Below the pieces are notes generated by a model. The model did not search any database. It saw nothing but the letters and a program-made list of their open reading frames with translations, and was not told where the DNA came from. This document shows positions 1 through 11,675 of a stretch of DNA of 64,000 bases, piece by piece; position 1 is the first letter of the stretch; each line of letters begins with the position of its first letter. The translations under genes and the position numbers were made by a program. The DNA lies in the NCBI RefSeq assembly GCF_055900595.2, contig NZ_CM148325.1, one strand, 5' to 3'.

Positions 1-718
1 AACCGATGACGAACGCGCACAGCTTTTATATGAGCGCGGAGTGTTGTATGATAGTCTCGGTCTGAGGGCATTAGCGCGTAACGATTTTTCGCAAGCGCTG
101 GCAATCCGACCGGATATGCCTGAAGTATTCAATTACTTAGGCATATATTTAACGCAGGCAGGCAATTTTGATGCTGCCTATGAAGCGTTTGATTCTGTAC
201 TTGAGCTTGATCCAACTTACAACTACGCGCACTTGAATCGCGGGATCGCATTATATTACGGCGGTCGTGACAAGTTAGCGCAAGATGATCTGCTGGCGTT
301 TTATCAAGACGATCCCAATGATCCTTTCCGTAGTCTGTGGCTTTATCTCGCCGAGCAGAAGCTCGATGAGAAGCAGGCTAAAGAAGTGTTAAAACAGCAC
401 TTCGAAAAATCGGATAAGGAGCAGTGGGGATGGAACATTGTCGAGTTCTACCTGGGCAACATTAGCGAACAAACGTTAATGGAAAGGCTCAAGGCGGACG
501 CAACGGATAACACCTCGCTCGCTGAGCATCTCAGTGAAACCAACTTCTATTTAGGTAAGTACTACCTAAGTCTGGGGGATTTGGACAGCGCCACGGCACT
601 GTTCAAACTGGCGGTTGCCAACAACGTTCATAACTTTGTTGAGCACCGATACGCATTGTTGGAATTATCGCTCCTGGGCCAGGACCAAGATGACCTGGCA
701 GAATCGGACCAGCAATAG
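1..718 (+). CDS. nlpI: Lipoprotein NlpI, TPR-repeat protein; 5' end lies upstream of the window
   Basis: Reading frame is open from base 2; translation (…[26 protein letters not shown]…ESDQQ*) matches NlpI C-terminal region as I recall it; stop at 716-718. Confidence 0.9.
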
Positions 719-824
719 CTGACGTACACATCAGCCCGTAATCTTTTTTGATTGCCATCACCTTAACGGGTGAGGGCGTTGTTGTTCGTTAATACACCTA
801 CTTTGAGCCGGTTCACACTTTTCA

Positions 825-905
825 ATGAAAATTGCTGATCAATTTCATGATGAGTTATGTAGACTGGCCGCCATTAATTTTGAGGCACACGTACTACATG
901 GCTGA
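825..905 (+). CDS. yrbN: Small 26-aa upstream ORF ([26 protein letters not shown]) ending on the deaD start codon
   Basis: ATG at 825; TGA at 903-905 overlaps deaD ATG (898-900) in the sequence ATGGCTGA. Not in the ORF track (under 60 aa). Matches my recollection of the small protein YrbN. Confidence 0.55.
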
Positions 906-2787
906 ATTCGAAACCACTTTTGCAGATCTGGGCCTGAAGGCTCCTATCCTTGAAGCCCTTAACGATCTGGGTTACGAAAAACCATCTCCAATTCAGGCAG
1001 AGTGTATTCCACATCTGCTGAATGGCCGCGACGTTCTGGGTATGGCCCAGACGGGGAGCGGAAAAACGGCAGCATTCTCTTTACCTCTGCTGCAAAATCT
1101 TGATCCTGAGCTGAAAGCACCACAGATTCTGGTGCTGGCACCGACCCGCGAACTGGCGGTACAGGTTGCTGAGGCAATGACGGATTTCTCTAAACACATG
1201 CGCGGCGTAAACGTGGTTGCCCTGTACGGCGGCCAGCGTTATGACGTGCAATTACGCGCCCTGCGTCAGGGGCCGCAGATCGTTGTCGGTACTCCAGGCC
1301 GTCTGCTGGACCACCTGAAACGTGGCACTCTGGACCTCTCTAAACTGAGCGGTCTGGTTCTGGATGAAGCTGACGAAATGCTGCGCATGGGCTTCATCGA
1401 AGACGTTGAAACCATTATGGCGCAGATCCCGGAAGGTCATCAGACCGCTCTGTTCTCTGCAACTATGCCGGAAGCGATTCGTCGCATTACCCGCCGCTTT
1501 ATGAAAGAGCCGCAGGAAGTACGCATTCAGTCCAGCGTGACTACCCGTCCTGACATCAGCCAGAGCTACTGGACTGTGTGGGGGATGCGTAAAAACGAAG
1601 CGCTGGTACGTTTCCTGGAAGCGGAAGATTTTGATGCGGCGATTATCTTCGTTCGTACTAAAAACGCGACTTTGGAAGTGGCAGAAGCTCTTGAGCGTAA
1701 CGGCTACAACAGCGCTGCACTGAACGGTGACATGAACCAGGCGCTGCGTGAGCAGACTCTGGAACGCCTGAAAGATGGTCGTCTGGATATCCTGATTGCG
1801 ACCGACGTTGCGGCCCGTGGCCTGGACGTTGAGCGTATCAGCCTGGTAGTTAACTACGATATCCCGATGGATTCCGAGTCTTACGTTCACCGTATTGGTC
1901 GTACAGGCCGTGCGGGGCGTGCTGGTCGTGCGCTGCTGTTCGTTGAGAACCGCGAGCGTCGTCTGCTGCGCAACATTGAACGCACTATGAAGCTGACCAT
2001 TCCGGAAGTAGAACTGCCGAACGCAGAGCTGCTGGGCAAACGCCGTCTGGAAAAATTCGCCGCTAAAGTACAGCAGCAGCTGGAAAGCAGCGATCTGGAT
2101 CAATACCGTGCACTGCTGAGCAAAATTCAGCCGACTGCAGAAGGTGAAGAGCTGGATCTCGAAACTCTGGCAGCCGCACTGCTGAAAATGGCACAGGGTG
2201 AACGTACTCTGATCGTGCCGCCAGATGCGCCGATGCGTCCGAAACGTGAATTCCGTGACCGTGATGACCGTGGTCCGCGCGATCGTAACGACCGTGGCCC
2301 GCGTGGCGACCGTGAAGATCGTCCACGTCGTGAACGTCGTGATGTTGGCGATATGCAGCTGTACCGTATTGAAGTGGGCCGCGATGATGGTGTTGAAGTT
2401 CGTCATATCGTTGGCGCGATTGCTAACGAAGGTGACATCAGCAGCCGTTACATCGGTAACATCAAGCTGTTTGCTTCTCACTCCACCATCGAACTGCCGA
2501 AAGGTATGCCGGGTGAAGTGCTGCAACACTTTACGCGTACTCGCATTCTCAACAAGCCGATGAACATGCAGTTACTGGGCGATGCACAGCCGCATACTGG
2601 CGGTGAGCGTCGTGGCGGTGGTCGTGGTTTCGGTGGCGAACGTCGTGAAGGCGGTCGTAACTTCAGCGGTGAACGCCGTGAAGGTGGTCGTGGTGATGGT
2701 CGTCGTTTCAGCGGCGAACGTCGTGAAGGCCGCGCGCCGCGTCGTGATGACTCTACTGGTCGTCGTCGTTTCGGTGGTGATGCGTAA
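898..2787 (+). CDS. deaD: ATP-dependent DEAD-box RNA helicase DeaD/CsdA (629 aa)
   Basis: Helicase motifs in translation: [30 protein letters not shown]; RG/RGG-rich C-terminal tail. Start placed at MAEFETTF (898) rather than the ORF-track ATG at 832. Confidence 0.95.
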
Positions 2788-2810
2788 TTCGCTGACCCGC
2801 AGAACTCTGC

Positions 2811-2828
2811 CGTAAAGTAAAATATACA
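2811..2828. promoter_or_regulatory. Candidate TyrR box (cGTAAA-N6-TaTACA) upstream of mtr
   Basis: Sequence cgtaaagtaaaatataca resembles the TGTAAA-N6-TTTACA TyrR box consensus; mtr is a known TyrR/TrpR-regulated gene. Manual pattern match only. Confidence 0.35.
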
Positions 2829-2858
2829 GCCCCGATTTTAACAATCGGGGCTTTTTTT
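2829..2858 (+). terminator. Rho-independent terminator downstream of deaD
   Basis: Stem gccccgatt / aatcggggc with 5-nt loop followed by TTTTTTT (2852-2858). Confidence 0.75.
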
Positions 2859-2867
2859 CTGTCTTTT

Positions 2868-2885
2868 GTACTCGTGTACTGGTAC
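2868..2885. promoter_or_regulatory. Candidate TrpR operator in the mtr promoter
   Basis: gtACTcGTgtACTgGTAC resembles the trp operator core (ACTAGT-TA-ACTAGT-AC); located about 55-70 bp upstream of the mtr ATG. Confidence 0.45.
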
Positions 2886-2938
2886 AGTGCAATGCATAAC
2901 AACGCAGTCGCACTATTTTTCACTGGAGAGAAGCCCTC

Positions 2939-4183
2939 ATGGCAACACTAACCACCACCCAAACGTCACCGTCGCTGCTTGGCGGCGTGGTGATTATCGG
3001 CGGCACCATTATTGGCGCAGGGATGTTTTCTCTGCCAGTGGTCATGTCCGGGGCGTGGTTCTTCTGGTCAATGGCGGCGCTGATCTTTACCTGGTTCTGT
3101 ATGCTGCATTCCGGCTTGATGATTCTGGAAGCTAACCTGAATTATCGAATCGGTTCGAGTTTTGACACCATAACCAAAGATTTGCTAGGCAAAGGCTGGA
3201 ACGTGGTCAACGGCATTTCCATTGCCTTTGTGCTCTACATCCTGACTTACGCCTATATTTCTGCCAGCGGTTCGATTCTGTATCACACCTTCGCGGAGAT
3301 GTCGCTGAATGTTCCGGCACGAGCTGCAGGTTTTGGTTTTGCGCTACTGGTGGCGTTTGTGGTGTGGTTGAGCACCAAAGCCGTCAGCCGGATGACGGCG
3401 ATTGTGCTTGGGGCGAAAGTTATTACCTTCTTCCTCACTTTCGGCAGTTTGCTGGGGCATGTGCAGCCTGCGACATTGTTTAACGTCGCGGAAAGCAATG
3501 CGTCTTATGCACCGTATCTGTTGATGACCCTACCGTTCTGTCTGGCCTCATTTGGTTATCACGGTAACGTGCCGAGCCTGATGAAGTATTACGGCAAAGA
3601 TCCGAAAACTATCGTGAAATGCCTGGTCTACGGTACGCTGATGGCGCTGGCGCTGTATACCATCTGGTTGCTGGCGACGATGGGCAACATCCCTCGTCCG
3701 GAGTTTATCGGCATCGCCGAGAAGGGCGGTAATATTGATGTGCTGGTACAGGCGTTAAGCGGCGTGCTGAACAGCCGTAGTCTGGATCTGCTGCTGGTCG
3801 TGTTCTCAAACTTTGCGGTAGCGAGTTCGTTCCTCGGTGTTACGCTGGGTTTGTTTGACTATCTGGCAGATCTGTTTGGTTTCGATGACTCGGCTATGGG
3901 CCGCTTGAAAACGGCACTGTTGACCTTCGCACCGCCTGTTGTGGGTGGTTTGCTGTTCCCGAACGGATTCCTGTACGCCATTGGTTATGCTGGCTTAGCG
4001 GCTACCATCTGGGCGGCAATCGTTCCGGCGCTGCTGGCCCGCGCATCGCGTAAACGCTTTGGCAGCCCTAAATTCCGTGTCTGGGGCGGCAAGCCGATGA
4101 TTGCACTGATTCTGGTGTTTGGTGTTGGCAACGCACTGGTGCATATTTTATCGAGCTTTAATTTGCTGCCGGTGTATCAGTAA
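2939..4183 (+). CDS. mtr: Tryptophan-specific permease Mtr (414 aa)
   Basis: Translation matches Mtr as I recall it (aromatic amino acid permease family; paralog of TnaB/TyrP); multi-pass hydrophobic membrane protein. Confidence 0.95.
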   Translation: MATLTTTQTSPSLLGGVVIIGGTIIGAGMFSLPVVMSGAWFFWSMAALIFTWFCMLHSGLMILEANLNYRIGSSFDTITKDLLGKGWNVVNGISIAFVLYILTYAYISASGSILYHTFAEMSLNVPARAAGFGFALLVAFVVWLSTKAVSRMTAIVLGAKVITFFLTFGSLLGHVQPATLFNVAESNASYAPYLLMTLPFCLASFGYHGNVPSLMKYYGKDPKTIVKCLVYGTLMALALYTIWLLATMGNIPRPEFIGIAEKGGNIDVLVQALSGVLNSRSLDLLLVVFSNFAVASSFLGVTLGLFDYLADLFGFDDSAMGRLKTALLTFAPPVVGGLLFPNGFLYAIGYAGLAATIWAAIVPALLARASRKRFGSPKFRVWGGKPMIALILVFGVGNALVHILSSFNLLPVYQ

Positions 4184-4184
4184 T

Positions 4185-4290
4185 TAGCGGTGCCTTATCC
4201 GACATTTCTGCTGCCTACACAATGCCTGATGTGCTTCGCTTATCAGGCCTACGTAGGACAGCGTTGCCAGCTCGGATAAGGCTTCCCACG
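4185..4290. repeat. REP/BIME-type palindromic repeat cluster in the mtr-yhbW gap
   Basis: gccttatccgaca…ctgcctaca…gcctgatg…cgcttatcaggcctacgtagg…ggataaggc: typical REP palindromic units in convergent intergenic space. Confidence 0.6.
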
Positions 4291-4300
4291 TTAAAACACA

Positions 4301-5308
4301 CTATCCCAGTAACTCTTCCTTAACATCCATCGCCAGCTCAAACGAATGCAGGCGCGCCTGGTGATCGAAAATCTGCCCGTTAACCATAATCTCATCCGCG
4401 TCGGTTTCGCGCAGGATCGACTGCAAACCATGACGCACTTTCGCTTTATCACCCACCAGCGACATACTCAGCGCCTGCTGCACGCCATACTGCTCAGACG
4501 GTGACCAGAACTGATCCATATTTTGAATCGGTGGCGGCAGTTGCCCGGTTTCACCGCGGCGCAGCTTCACAAAGGCTTGCTGCATCGAGGTAAACAGGAA
4601 TTCGGCGTCGCGGTTGCTGTCGGCGGCGATAATATTGATGCACACCATCGCGTACGGTTTCTCCAGCCGCGCCGACGGTTTGAAGTTACTGCGATAAAGA
4701 TGCAGTGCCTGGAATAGCATATCCGGTGCGAAGTGTGAGGCAAACGCGAACGGCAGACCAAGCTGCGCCGCCAGTTGTGCACTGTAAAGGCTGGAGCCTA
4801 ATAACCACACGGGGATTTTCTCGCCATAGCCCGGTACAGGGCGCACATGCGGATTGGGATCACGGGCGTCAAACCAGTCCACCAGCTCCGCGACATCGCG
4901 GGGGAAATTATCAATATCGCCGCTCATATGGCGACGTAGTGCCATCATGGTTCGCTGGTCACTACCCGGAGCACGGCCCAGCCCCAAATCGATTCGCCCC
5001 GGATAGAGCGTATTGAGCGTACCGAACTGTTCGGCAATCACCAACGGTGAGTGGTTTGGTAACATCACGCCGCCAGACCCCAGATGCAGCGTGGTGGTAT
5101 TTGCCGCCAGATAGCCAATCAATACTGATGTTGCAGCACTGGCAATGCCGGTCATATTGTGGTGTTCCGCCAGCCAGTAGCGATGATAGCCGCGCTTTTC
5201 AGCCAGACGGGCGAGATCGAGAGAGTGGGAGAACGCTTCTCGCGCTGAAGAGCCTTCGGGGATGGGGGCCAGATCGAGTAGCGAAAACGCAATGGTTTTA
5301 TCAGTCAT
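4301..5308 (-). CDS. yhbW: Luciferase-like (LLM class) flavin-dependent monooxygenase, uncharacterised (335 aa)
   Basis: Translation recognised as YhbW; length matches. Confidence 0.9.
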   Translation of the reverse strand: MTDKTIAFSLLDLAPIPEGSSAREAFSHSLDLARLAEKRGYHRYWLAEHHNMTGIASAATSVLIGYLAANTTTLHLGSGGVMLPNHSPLVIAEQFGTLNTLYPGRIDLGLGRAPGSDQRTMMALRRHMSGDIDNFPRDVAELVDWFDARDPNPHVRPVPGYGEKIPVWLLGSSLYSAQLAAQLGLPFAFASHFAPDMLFQALHLYRSNFKPSARLEKPYAMVCINIIAADSNRDAEFLFTSMQQAFVKLRRGETGQLPPPIQNMDQFWSPSEQYGVQQALSMSLVGDKAKVRHGLQSILRETDADEIMVNGQIFDHQARLHSFELAMDVKEELLG

Positions 5309-5311
5309 AAC

Positions 5312-5382
5312 AGCTCACTTTGTTACCGATTAATCTTTAATACTGCATTAAAGAGTAGTTAAAGTTGTTAACAAAGTGAGCT
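5312..5382. repeat. Nested palindrome occupying the ubiV-yhbW gap
   Basis: Perfect 14-bp inverted repeat agctcactttgtta (5312-5325) / taacaaagtgagct (5369-5382) separated by 43 bp; inner 8-bp inverted repeat tctttaat / attaaaga (5334-5354) with 5-nt loop. Outer arm ends 4 bp from the yhbW start codon. Confidence 0.6.
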
Positions 5383-5388
5383 ATTTGC

Positions 5389-6267
5389 TTAGGCTTGCAG
5401 TTCCAGCCCAGCCAGCCGTCTCCAGTAGCCGTTACAGTCGCTGTTTGCCGTCAACGGGAGTGGTGCAGCGCCATTTTCATTAGCGCGGAAGGCGTCGAGC
5501 ATAGCGAAAGTGTCAGTACCCTGCGGTGACAGGCGGACCACATCAACCAGCCCCTGCATGGATGCCAGCTCGTTACCGAGGTTGTACACGTAGCCGCTCA
5601 TGGTCTGAATGCCATTGAGCACAAACACTTGTTGGTTTTCCTGCGACAGCACGTTGCGCCCGTTCGGATACTTAATGCAGCAGGTTTCACACTCATCTTT
5701 TGGGCGGTCTTCCGAACGCGCGGTAAAGCAGCGGGCGGAGTAGGCCAGCGGCAGATGACCGTAGCTCAAGACTTCCACTTCAAACTGGTTGCGAATGCCC
5801 AGCTCATCGCACTGATTAAGCAGATTCACCAGCCAGTCGCGGGAAAGTTCCACCGGCATACACCAGCGCATCATGCCCTGTTTGAGTAATATTTTCAGCG
5901 TCACCGCGTTGTAGCAGTTCAGCGCGTGTCCGGCGACGAACGGCAGTTTGCGCTCAGCGCACATATTCACCACGCCAAGATCGCTGGCTTCAATCAGAAA
6001 CTCACCGTTCTCAACATAGCGTTTCAGTTCGCCCAGTTCGGAGGATGCCTGCACCAGCGCCAGCGTGGAGAGCACAATCTGCTTGCCACTTCCGGCGAGC
6101 GATTTTGCCATCTCCAGCCAGTCGCCAACTTTGGTTGCCCGGCGTTTGCTACAGACCGCTTCACCGAGATAAATCACGTCTGCGCTGCTGGCGGCGGCCT
6201 GCTGATAAAAATCTTCCAGCGTCTCTTTTGGCCAGTACCACAGCACCGGCCCTAAGGAATATTTCAT
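5389..6267 (-). CDS. ubiV: U32-family protein UbiV (O2-independent ubiquinone biosynthesis; 292 aa)
   Basis: Translation recognised as YhbV/UbiV; start placed at MKYSLGPVLWYW (6267), overlapping the ubiU 3' end by a few nt. Confidence 0.85.
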   Translation of the reverse strand: MKYSLGPVLWYWPKETLEDFYQQAAASSADVIYLGEAVCSKRRATKVGDWLEMAKSLAGSGKQIVLSTLALVQASSELGELKRYVENGEFLIEASDLGVVNMCAERKLPFVAGHALNCYNAVTLKILLKQGMMRWCMPVELSRDWLVNLLNQCDELGIRNQFEVEVLSYGHLPLAYSARCFTARSEDRPKDECETCCIKYPNGRNVLSQENQQVFVLNGIQTMSGYVYNLGNELASMQGLVDVVRLSPQGTDTFAMLDAFRANENGAAPLPLTANSDCNGYWRRLAGLELQA

Positions 6268-6275
6268 TGCTCTTC

Positions 6276-7271
6276 TCACTGCCATTTACGGTGATACGCG
6301 CCAAGAGTGGTTTGCGTGCCTTCGGACATCGACCCGAGCGTCTCCATCCACGCGCTTTGTGGTACGAAGTTTTGCGGATCGGCCTTACAACGGTCGATAG
6401 CCTGACGCCAGACTTTTGCCACCTGGCTGACATACGCCGGGCTACGCTGGCGGCCTTCAATTTTCACCGAAGCGATATTCGCCGCCATTAACTCCGGCAG
6501 TAGCTCAAGGGTATTGAGACTGGTTGGTTCTTCCAGCGCGTGATAGCGCTCGCCGTCCACCAGATAACGCCCTTTACACAGTGTCGGATAACCTGCGTTT
6601 TCGCCGTCCTGATAACGGTCGATCAGCACTTCGTTCAGGCGAGATTCCAGCCCCTGCGGCGTTTGCTGCCAGCGCACGAAACGGGCCGGAGAACATGCCC
6701 CCACGGTGTTGGGCGACTCACCCGTCAGATACGACGACAGATAGCAACGACCTTCCGACATAATGCACAGACTGCCGAAAGCGAACACTTCCAGCGGTAC
6801 AGGCGTGACCCGCGCCAGTTGTTTCACCTGATGAATCGACAACACGCGCGGCAGCACCACGCGGGCAACGTCAAAATGGCGATGATAAAAGTGAATCGCC
6901 TCTTCATTGGTTGCTGAAGCCTGCACTGACACATGACGTTCAATATGCGGGTATCGCTGGGCGGCGTACTCCAGCATGGCGAGGTCGGCGAGAATCAGCG
7001 CATCGGCACCCAACTGCGCCGCCATATCCACGGCGCGCTGCCAGCGGGCGTAACCGTCCGGATGCGCAAAAGTGTTAATCGCGATGTGAAGTTTGCGGCG
7101 ATGTTGATGGACAAAACTCACCGCTTCCTGCAATTTTTTCTCGGTAAAGTTAAGGCCGGCGAAGTGACGGGCATTGGTATCATCTTTTAGCCCGATATAA
7201 ACAGCATCTGCGCCGTTTTCGATGGCCGCCTTAAGCGCCGGGAGATTTCCGGCAGGGCAGAGCAGCTCCAT
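6276..7271 (-). CDS. ubiU: U32-family protein UbiU (O2-independent ubiquinone biosynthesis; 331 aa)
   Basis: Translation recognised as YhbU/UbiU; start placed at MELLCPAGNL (7271) rather than the ORF-track ATG at 7298. Confidence 0.85.
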   Translation of the reverse strand: MELLCPAGNLPALKAAIENGADAVYIGLKDDTNARHFAGLNFTEKKLQEAVSFVHQHRRKLHIAINTFAHPDGYARWQRAVDMAAQLGADALILADLAMLEYAAQRYPHIERHVSVQASATNEEAIHFYHRHFDVARVVLPRVLSIHQVKQLARVTPVPLEVFAFGSLCIMSEGRCYLSSYLTGESPNTVGACSPARFVRWQQTPQGLESRLNEVLIDRYQDGENAGYPTLCKGRYLVDGERYHALEEPTSLNTLELLPELMAANIASVKIEGRQRSPAYVSQVAKVWRQAIDRCKADPQNFVPQSAWMETLGSMSEGTQTTLGAYHRKWQ

Positions 7272-7479
7272 AATTTTTCCTGAAGGGTGCGCTATCAAAA
7301 CGCAAAAATGTTAACGAACTGGGATTTTAGTTAACCTTGCAGCGACAATTTTTGATTTAAGGCAGTTAAAGTTGTATTGGTGGTAGCAGCAATTTCATAT
7401 GGAATTGTTGATTTATACCGCTATGTTATTTTTCTGATATGGCAAAATAGGATGATTGTTGAAACAGGGAGTAAAACTC

Positions 7480-8004
7480 GTGTTGGATAAACTGCGTTCC
7501 CGTATTGTGCATTTGGGGCCATCTCTGTTGAGTGTACCGGTAAAACTGACGCCATTTGCGCTAAAACGCCAGGTTCTTGAGCAGGTCTTAAGCTGGCAAT
7601 TCCGCCAGGCGCTGGATGATGGCGAGCTGGAGTTTCTTGAAGGGCGCCGGTTAAGTATTCATGTGCGTGATATTGACCTGCAATGGTTTACCTCGGTGGT
7701 GAATGGCAAACTGGTCGTTAGCCAGAACGCGCAAGCTGATGTGAGTTTTAGTGCCGACGCCAGCGATCTGCTGATGATTGCGGCGCGTAAACAAGATCCG
7801 GACACGCTCTTCTTCCAGCGTCGGCTGGTGATTGAAGGCGATACGGAGCTGGGGCTGTATGTGAAAAACCTGATGGACGCCATTGAACTGGAGCAAATGC
7901 CGAAAGCCTTACGCATGATGCTGCTGCAACTGGCGGATTTTGTTGAGGCGGGAATGAAAACCGCGCCTGAAACCAAACAGACATCGGTAGGTGAACCATG
8001 CTAA
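7480..8004 (+). CDS. ubiT: SCP2-domain protein UbiT (174 aa)
   Basis: Translation recognised as YhbT/UbiT; GTG start at 7480 preceded by GGGAG; divergent from ubiUV. Confidence 0.8.
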   Translation: MLDKLRSRIVHLGPSLLSVPVKLTPFALKRQVLEQVLSWQFRQALDDGELEFLEGRRLSIHVRDIDLQWFTSVVNGKLVVSQNAQADVSFSADASDLLMIAARKQDPDTLFFQRRLVIEGDTELGLYVKNLMDAIELEQMPKALRMMLLQLADFVEAGMKTAPETKQTSVGEPC

Positions 8005-8501
8005 TTCGAGTAGAAATTCCCATTGATGCGCCGGGTATTGATGCCCTGCTGCGTCGTTCATTCGAAAGTGATGCGGAAGCGAAGCTGGTTCACGATCTGC
8101 GTGAAGATGGCTTTCTGACGCTGGGGCTGGTGGCGACAGATGACGAAGGTCAGGTCATTGGCTATGTGGCATTCAGTCCGGTTGATGTGCAGGGCGAAGA
8201 CCTGCAATGGGTCGGCATGGCACCGCTGGCGGTAGATGAAAAATACCGTGGACAGGGGCTGGCACGCCAACTGGTCTATGAAGGACTCGATTCGCTTAAT
8301 GAGTTCGGCTATGCCGCAGTGGTGACGCTGGGCGATCCGGCGCTGTACAGTCGTTTCGGCTTTGAGCTGGCGGCGCATCACGATCTGCGTTGCCGCTGGC
8401 CGGGCACTGAAAGCGCCTTCCAGGTACATCGTTTAGCGGATGACGCGCTGAACGGCGTAACCGGTCTGGTTGAGTATCACGAGCACTTCAATCGCTTTTA
8501 A
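7998..8501 (+). CDS. yhbS: GNAT-family N-acetyltransferase (167 aa)
   Basis: Translation recognised as YhbS; start overlaps ubiT stop by 7 nt; 3' end overlaps yhbQ 3' end (convergent). Confidence 0.85.
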   Translation: MLIRVEIPIDAPGIDALLRRSFESDAEAKLVHDLREDGFLTLGLVATDDEGQVIGYVAFSPVDVQGEDLQWVGMAPLAVDEKYRGQGLARQLVYEGLDSLNEFGYAAVVTLGDPALYSRFGFELAAHHDLRCRWPGTESAFQVHRLADDALNGVTGLVEYHEHFNRF

Positions 8502-8790
8502 TCTTTGGGGTTTGCAGGCTGCTTATCAGCTCTGCAAACCCTGAGCCTTCCGCTACCAGACGTTCTTTTTGCCGTTTGGTCAGTTGTTTAACGCGATATT
8601 CCGCCCGTAGTGCCAGCGAACGGTCGCCCACTGGCGCGGAAAATGCCAGCGTCAGTTCACCTTTCCCACGCAGTGCTTTTGCGCCTTTGCCGCTTTGATG
8701 TTGCTGATAGCGGCGTTCGACATCCGTGGTGATCCCGGTATAAAGCTTATTGTCGGCGGTACGGATCAAGTAAAGAAACCAGGGTGTCAT
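8488..8790 (-). CDS. yhbQ: GIY-YIG domain protein (100 aa)
   Basis: GIY-YIG signature [23 protein letters not shown] in translation; start placed at MTPWFLY (8790); ORF track also allows 8802. Confidence 0.8.
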   Translation of the reverse strand: MTPWFLYLIRTADNKLYTGITTDVERRYQQHQSGKGAKALRGKGELTLAFSAPVGDRSLALRAEYRVKQLTKRQKERLVAEGSGFAELISSLQTPKIKSD

Positions 8791-8840
8791 CGTCTGCGTC
8801 ACATGTTAAGGTCAGGCCCACAGTATAAAAGAGAACAGCT

Positions 8841-9263
8841 ATGGAAACACTCACCGCCATCAGCCGTTGGCTGGCAAAACAACATGTTGTCACTTGGTGT
8901 GTGCAGCAGGAAGGGGAATTGTGGTGCGCCAATGCCTTTTATCTTTTTGATGCACAGAAAGTTGCCTTCTACATTTTGACGGAGGAAAAAACGCGTCACG
9001 CGCAGATGAGTGGGCCGCAGGCGGCAGTTGCTGGAACGGTAAACGGTCAGCCGAAAACGGTAGCGTTAATTCGCGGCGTGCAGTTTAAAGGTGAGATCCG
9101 CAGACTGGAAGGTGAGGAAAGCGACTTTGCGCGCAAGGCGTATAATCGTCGCTTTCCGGTTGCCAGAATGCTGTCGGCGCCGGTGTGGGAAATCCGGCTT
9201 GATGAAATCAAATTCACTGACAACACGCTGGGCTTTGGTAAAAAAATGATTTGGCTACGTAGC

Positions 9264-9284
<21 letters not shown>
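8841..9284 (+). CDS. yhbP: Uncharacterised protein YhbP, pyridoxamine-5'-phosphate-oxidase-like fold (147 aa)
   Basis: Translation recognised as YhbP. Confidence 0.85.
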
Positions 9285-9820
<536 letters not shown>

Positions 9821-9821
9821 T

Positions 9822-9872
<51 letters not shown>

Positions 9873-9899
9873 GGGAGCGCAAGGCAGACAATTCTGTAA

Positions 9900-10545
<646 letters not shown>

Positions 10546-10617
10546 TTATTCCCAAGAATTGATAGTGAGCGTAATATTCACGCGCTTAATTATCATAATT
10601 TATTCCTGGGGAATGCT

Positions 10618-11658
10618 ATGACTGGTCAGTCTTCATCTCAGGCGGCAACGCCCATTCAGTGGTGGAAACCCGCGCTTTTCTTTCTCGTTGTCATTGCCGG
10701 ACTTTGGTATGTGAAATGGCAACCTTACTACGGTAAAGCCTTTACTGCCGCCGAAACTCACAGTATCGGTAAATCTATCCTTGCGCAGGCGGATGCTAAT
10801 CCGTGGCAAGCTGCGTGGGACTACGCGATGGTCTATTTCCTCGCGGTATGGAAAGCGGCGGTACTGGGGGTGATCCTCGGGTCGTTGATTCAGGTGCTGA
10901 TCCCTCGTGACTGGCTGCTACGCACGCTGGGGCAATCGCGCTTTCGCGGCACGCTGCTGGGAACGCTGTTTTCGCTGCCGGGCATGATGTGTACTTGCTG
11001 TGCGGCACCGGTCGCGGCGGGGATGCGTCGCCAACAGGTGTCGATGGGCGGGGCGCTGGCATTCTGGATGGGCAATCCGTTGTTAAACCCGGCGACGCTG
11101 GTGTTTATGGGTTTTGTCCTCGGCTGGGGCTTTGCGGCGATTCGTCTGGTGGCGGGACTGGTGATGGTGTTGCTGATTGCGACCCTGGTGCAAAAATGGG
11201 TGCGTGAAACACCGCAAACACAGGCACCGGTCGAAATTGACATGCCGGAAGTGCAGGGCGGATTCTTTAGCCGCTGGGGTAGGGCGCTATGGACGCTTTT
11301 CTGGAGTACGATCCCGGTATATATCCTTGCCGTACTGGCGTTGGGTGCCGCTCGCGTCTGGTTATTCCCCCATGCCGATGGTGCTGTCGATAACAGCCTG
11401 ATGTGGGTGATTGCGATGGCGGTAGCGGGATGCTTGTTTGTCATTCCCACGGCAGCAGAAATTCCGATTGTACAAACGATGATGCTGGCAGGTATGGGAA
11501 CCGCTCCGGCGCTGGCATTGTTGATGACGCTTCCTGCTGTAAGTTTGCCGTCGCTGATAATGTTGCGTAAAGCGTTCCCGGCGAAAGCCTTATGGCTGAC
11601 GGGTGCGATGGTGGCGGTGTCTGGTGTGATTGTCGGCGGGCTGGCGCTGTTGTTCTGA
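10618..11658 (+). CDS. yraQ: Inner-membrane permease YraQ (346 aa)
   Basis: Hydrophobic multi-pass protein; translation recognised as YraQ. Confidence 0.9.
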   Translation: MTGQSSSQAATPIQWWKPALFFLVVIAGLWYVKWQPYYGKAFTAAETHSIGKSILAQADANPWQAAWDYAMVYFLAVWKAAVLGVILGSLIQVLIPRDWLLRTLGQSRFRGTLLGTLFSLPGMMCTCCAAPVAAGMRRQQVSMGGALAFWMGNPLLNPATLVFMGFVLGWGFAAIRLVAGLVMVLLIATLVQKWVRETPQTQAPVEIDMPEVQGGFFSRWGRALWTLFWSTIPVYILAVLALGAARVWLFPHADGAVDNSLMWVIAMAVAGCLFVIPTAAEIPIVQTMMLAGMGTAPALALLMTLPAVSLPSLIMLRKAFPAKALWLTGAMVAVSGVIVGGLALLF

Positions 11659-11675
11659 TTTGAGGGAAAACATGT

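Noticed and set aside
1252-2529. 425-aa ORF on the minus strand inside deaD
   Set aside because: Antisense shadow ORF within a well-supported helicase gene; low-complexity, T/F/V-rich translation with no recognisable motifs.
7272-7479. FNR site in the ubiUV / ubiT divergent promoter
   Set aside because: The ubiUV operon is said to be FNR-dependent, but I could find only TTGAT or ATCAA half-sites and no convincing TTGAT-N4-ATCAA match by eye, so I did not call a site.
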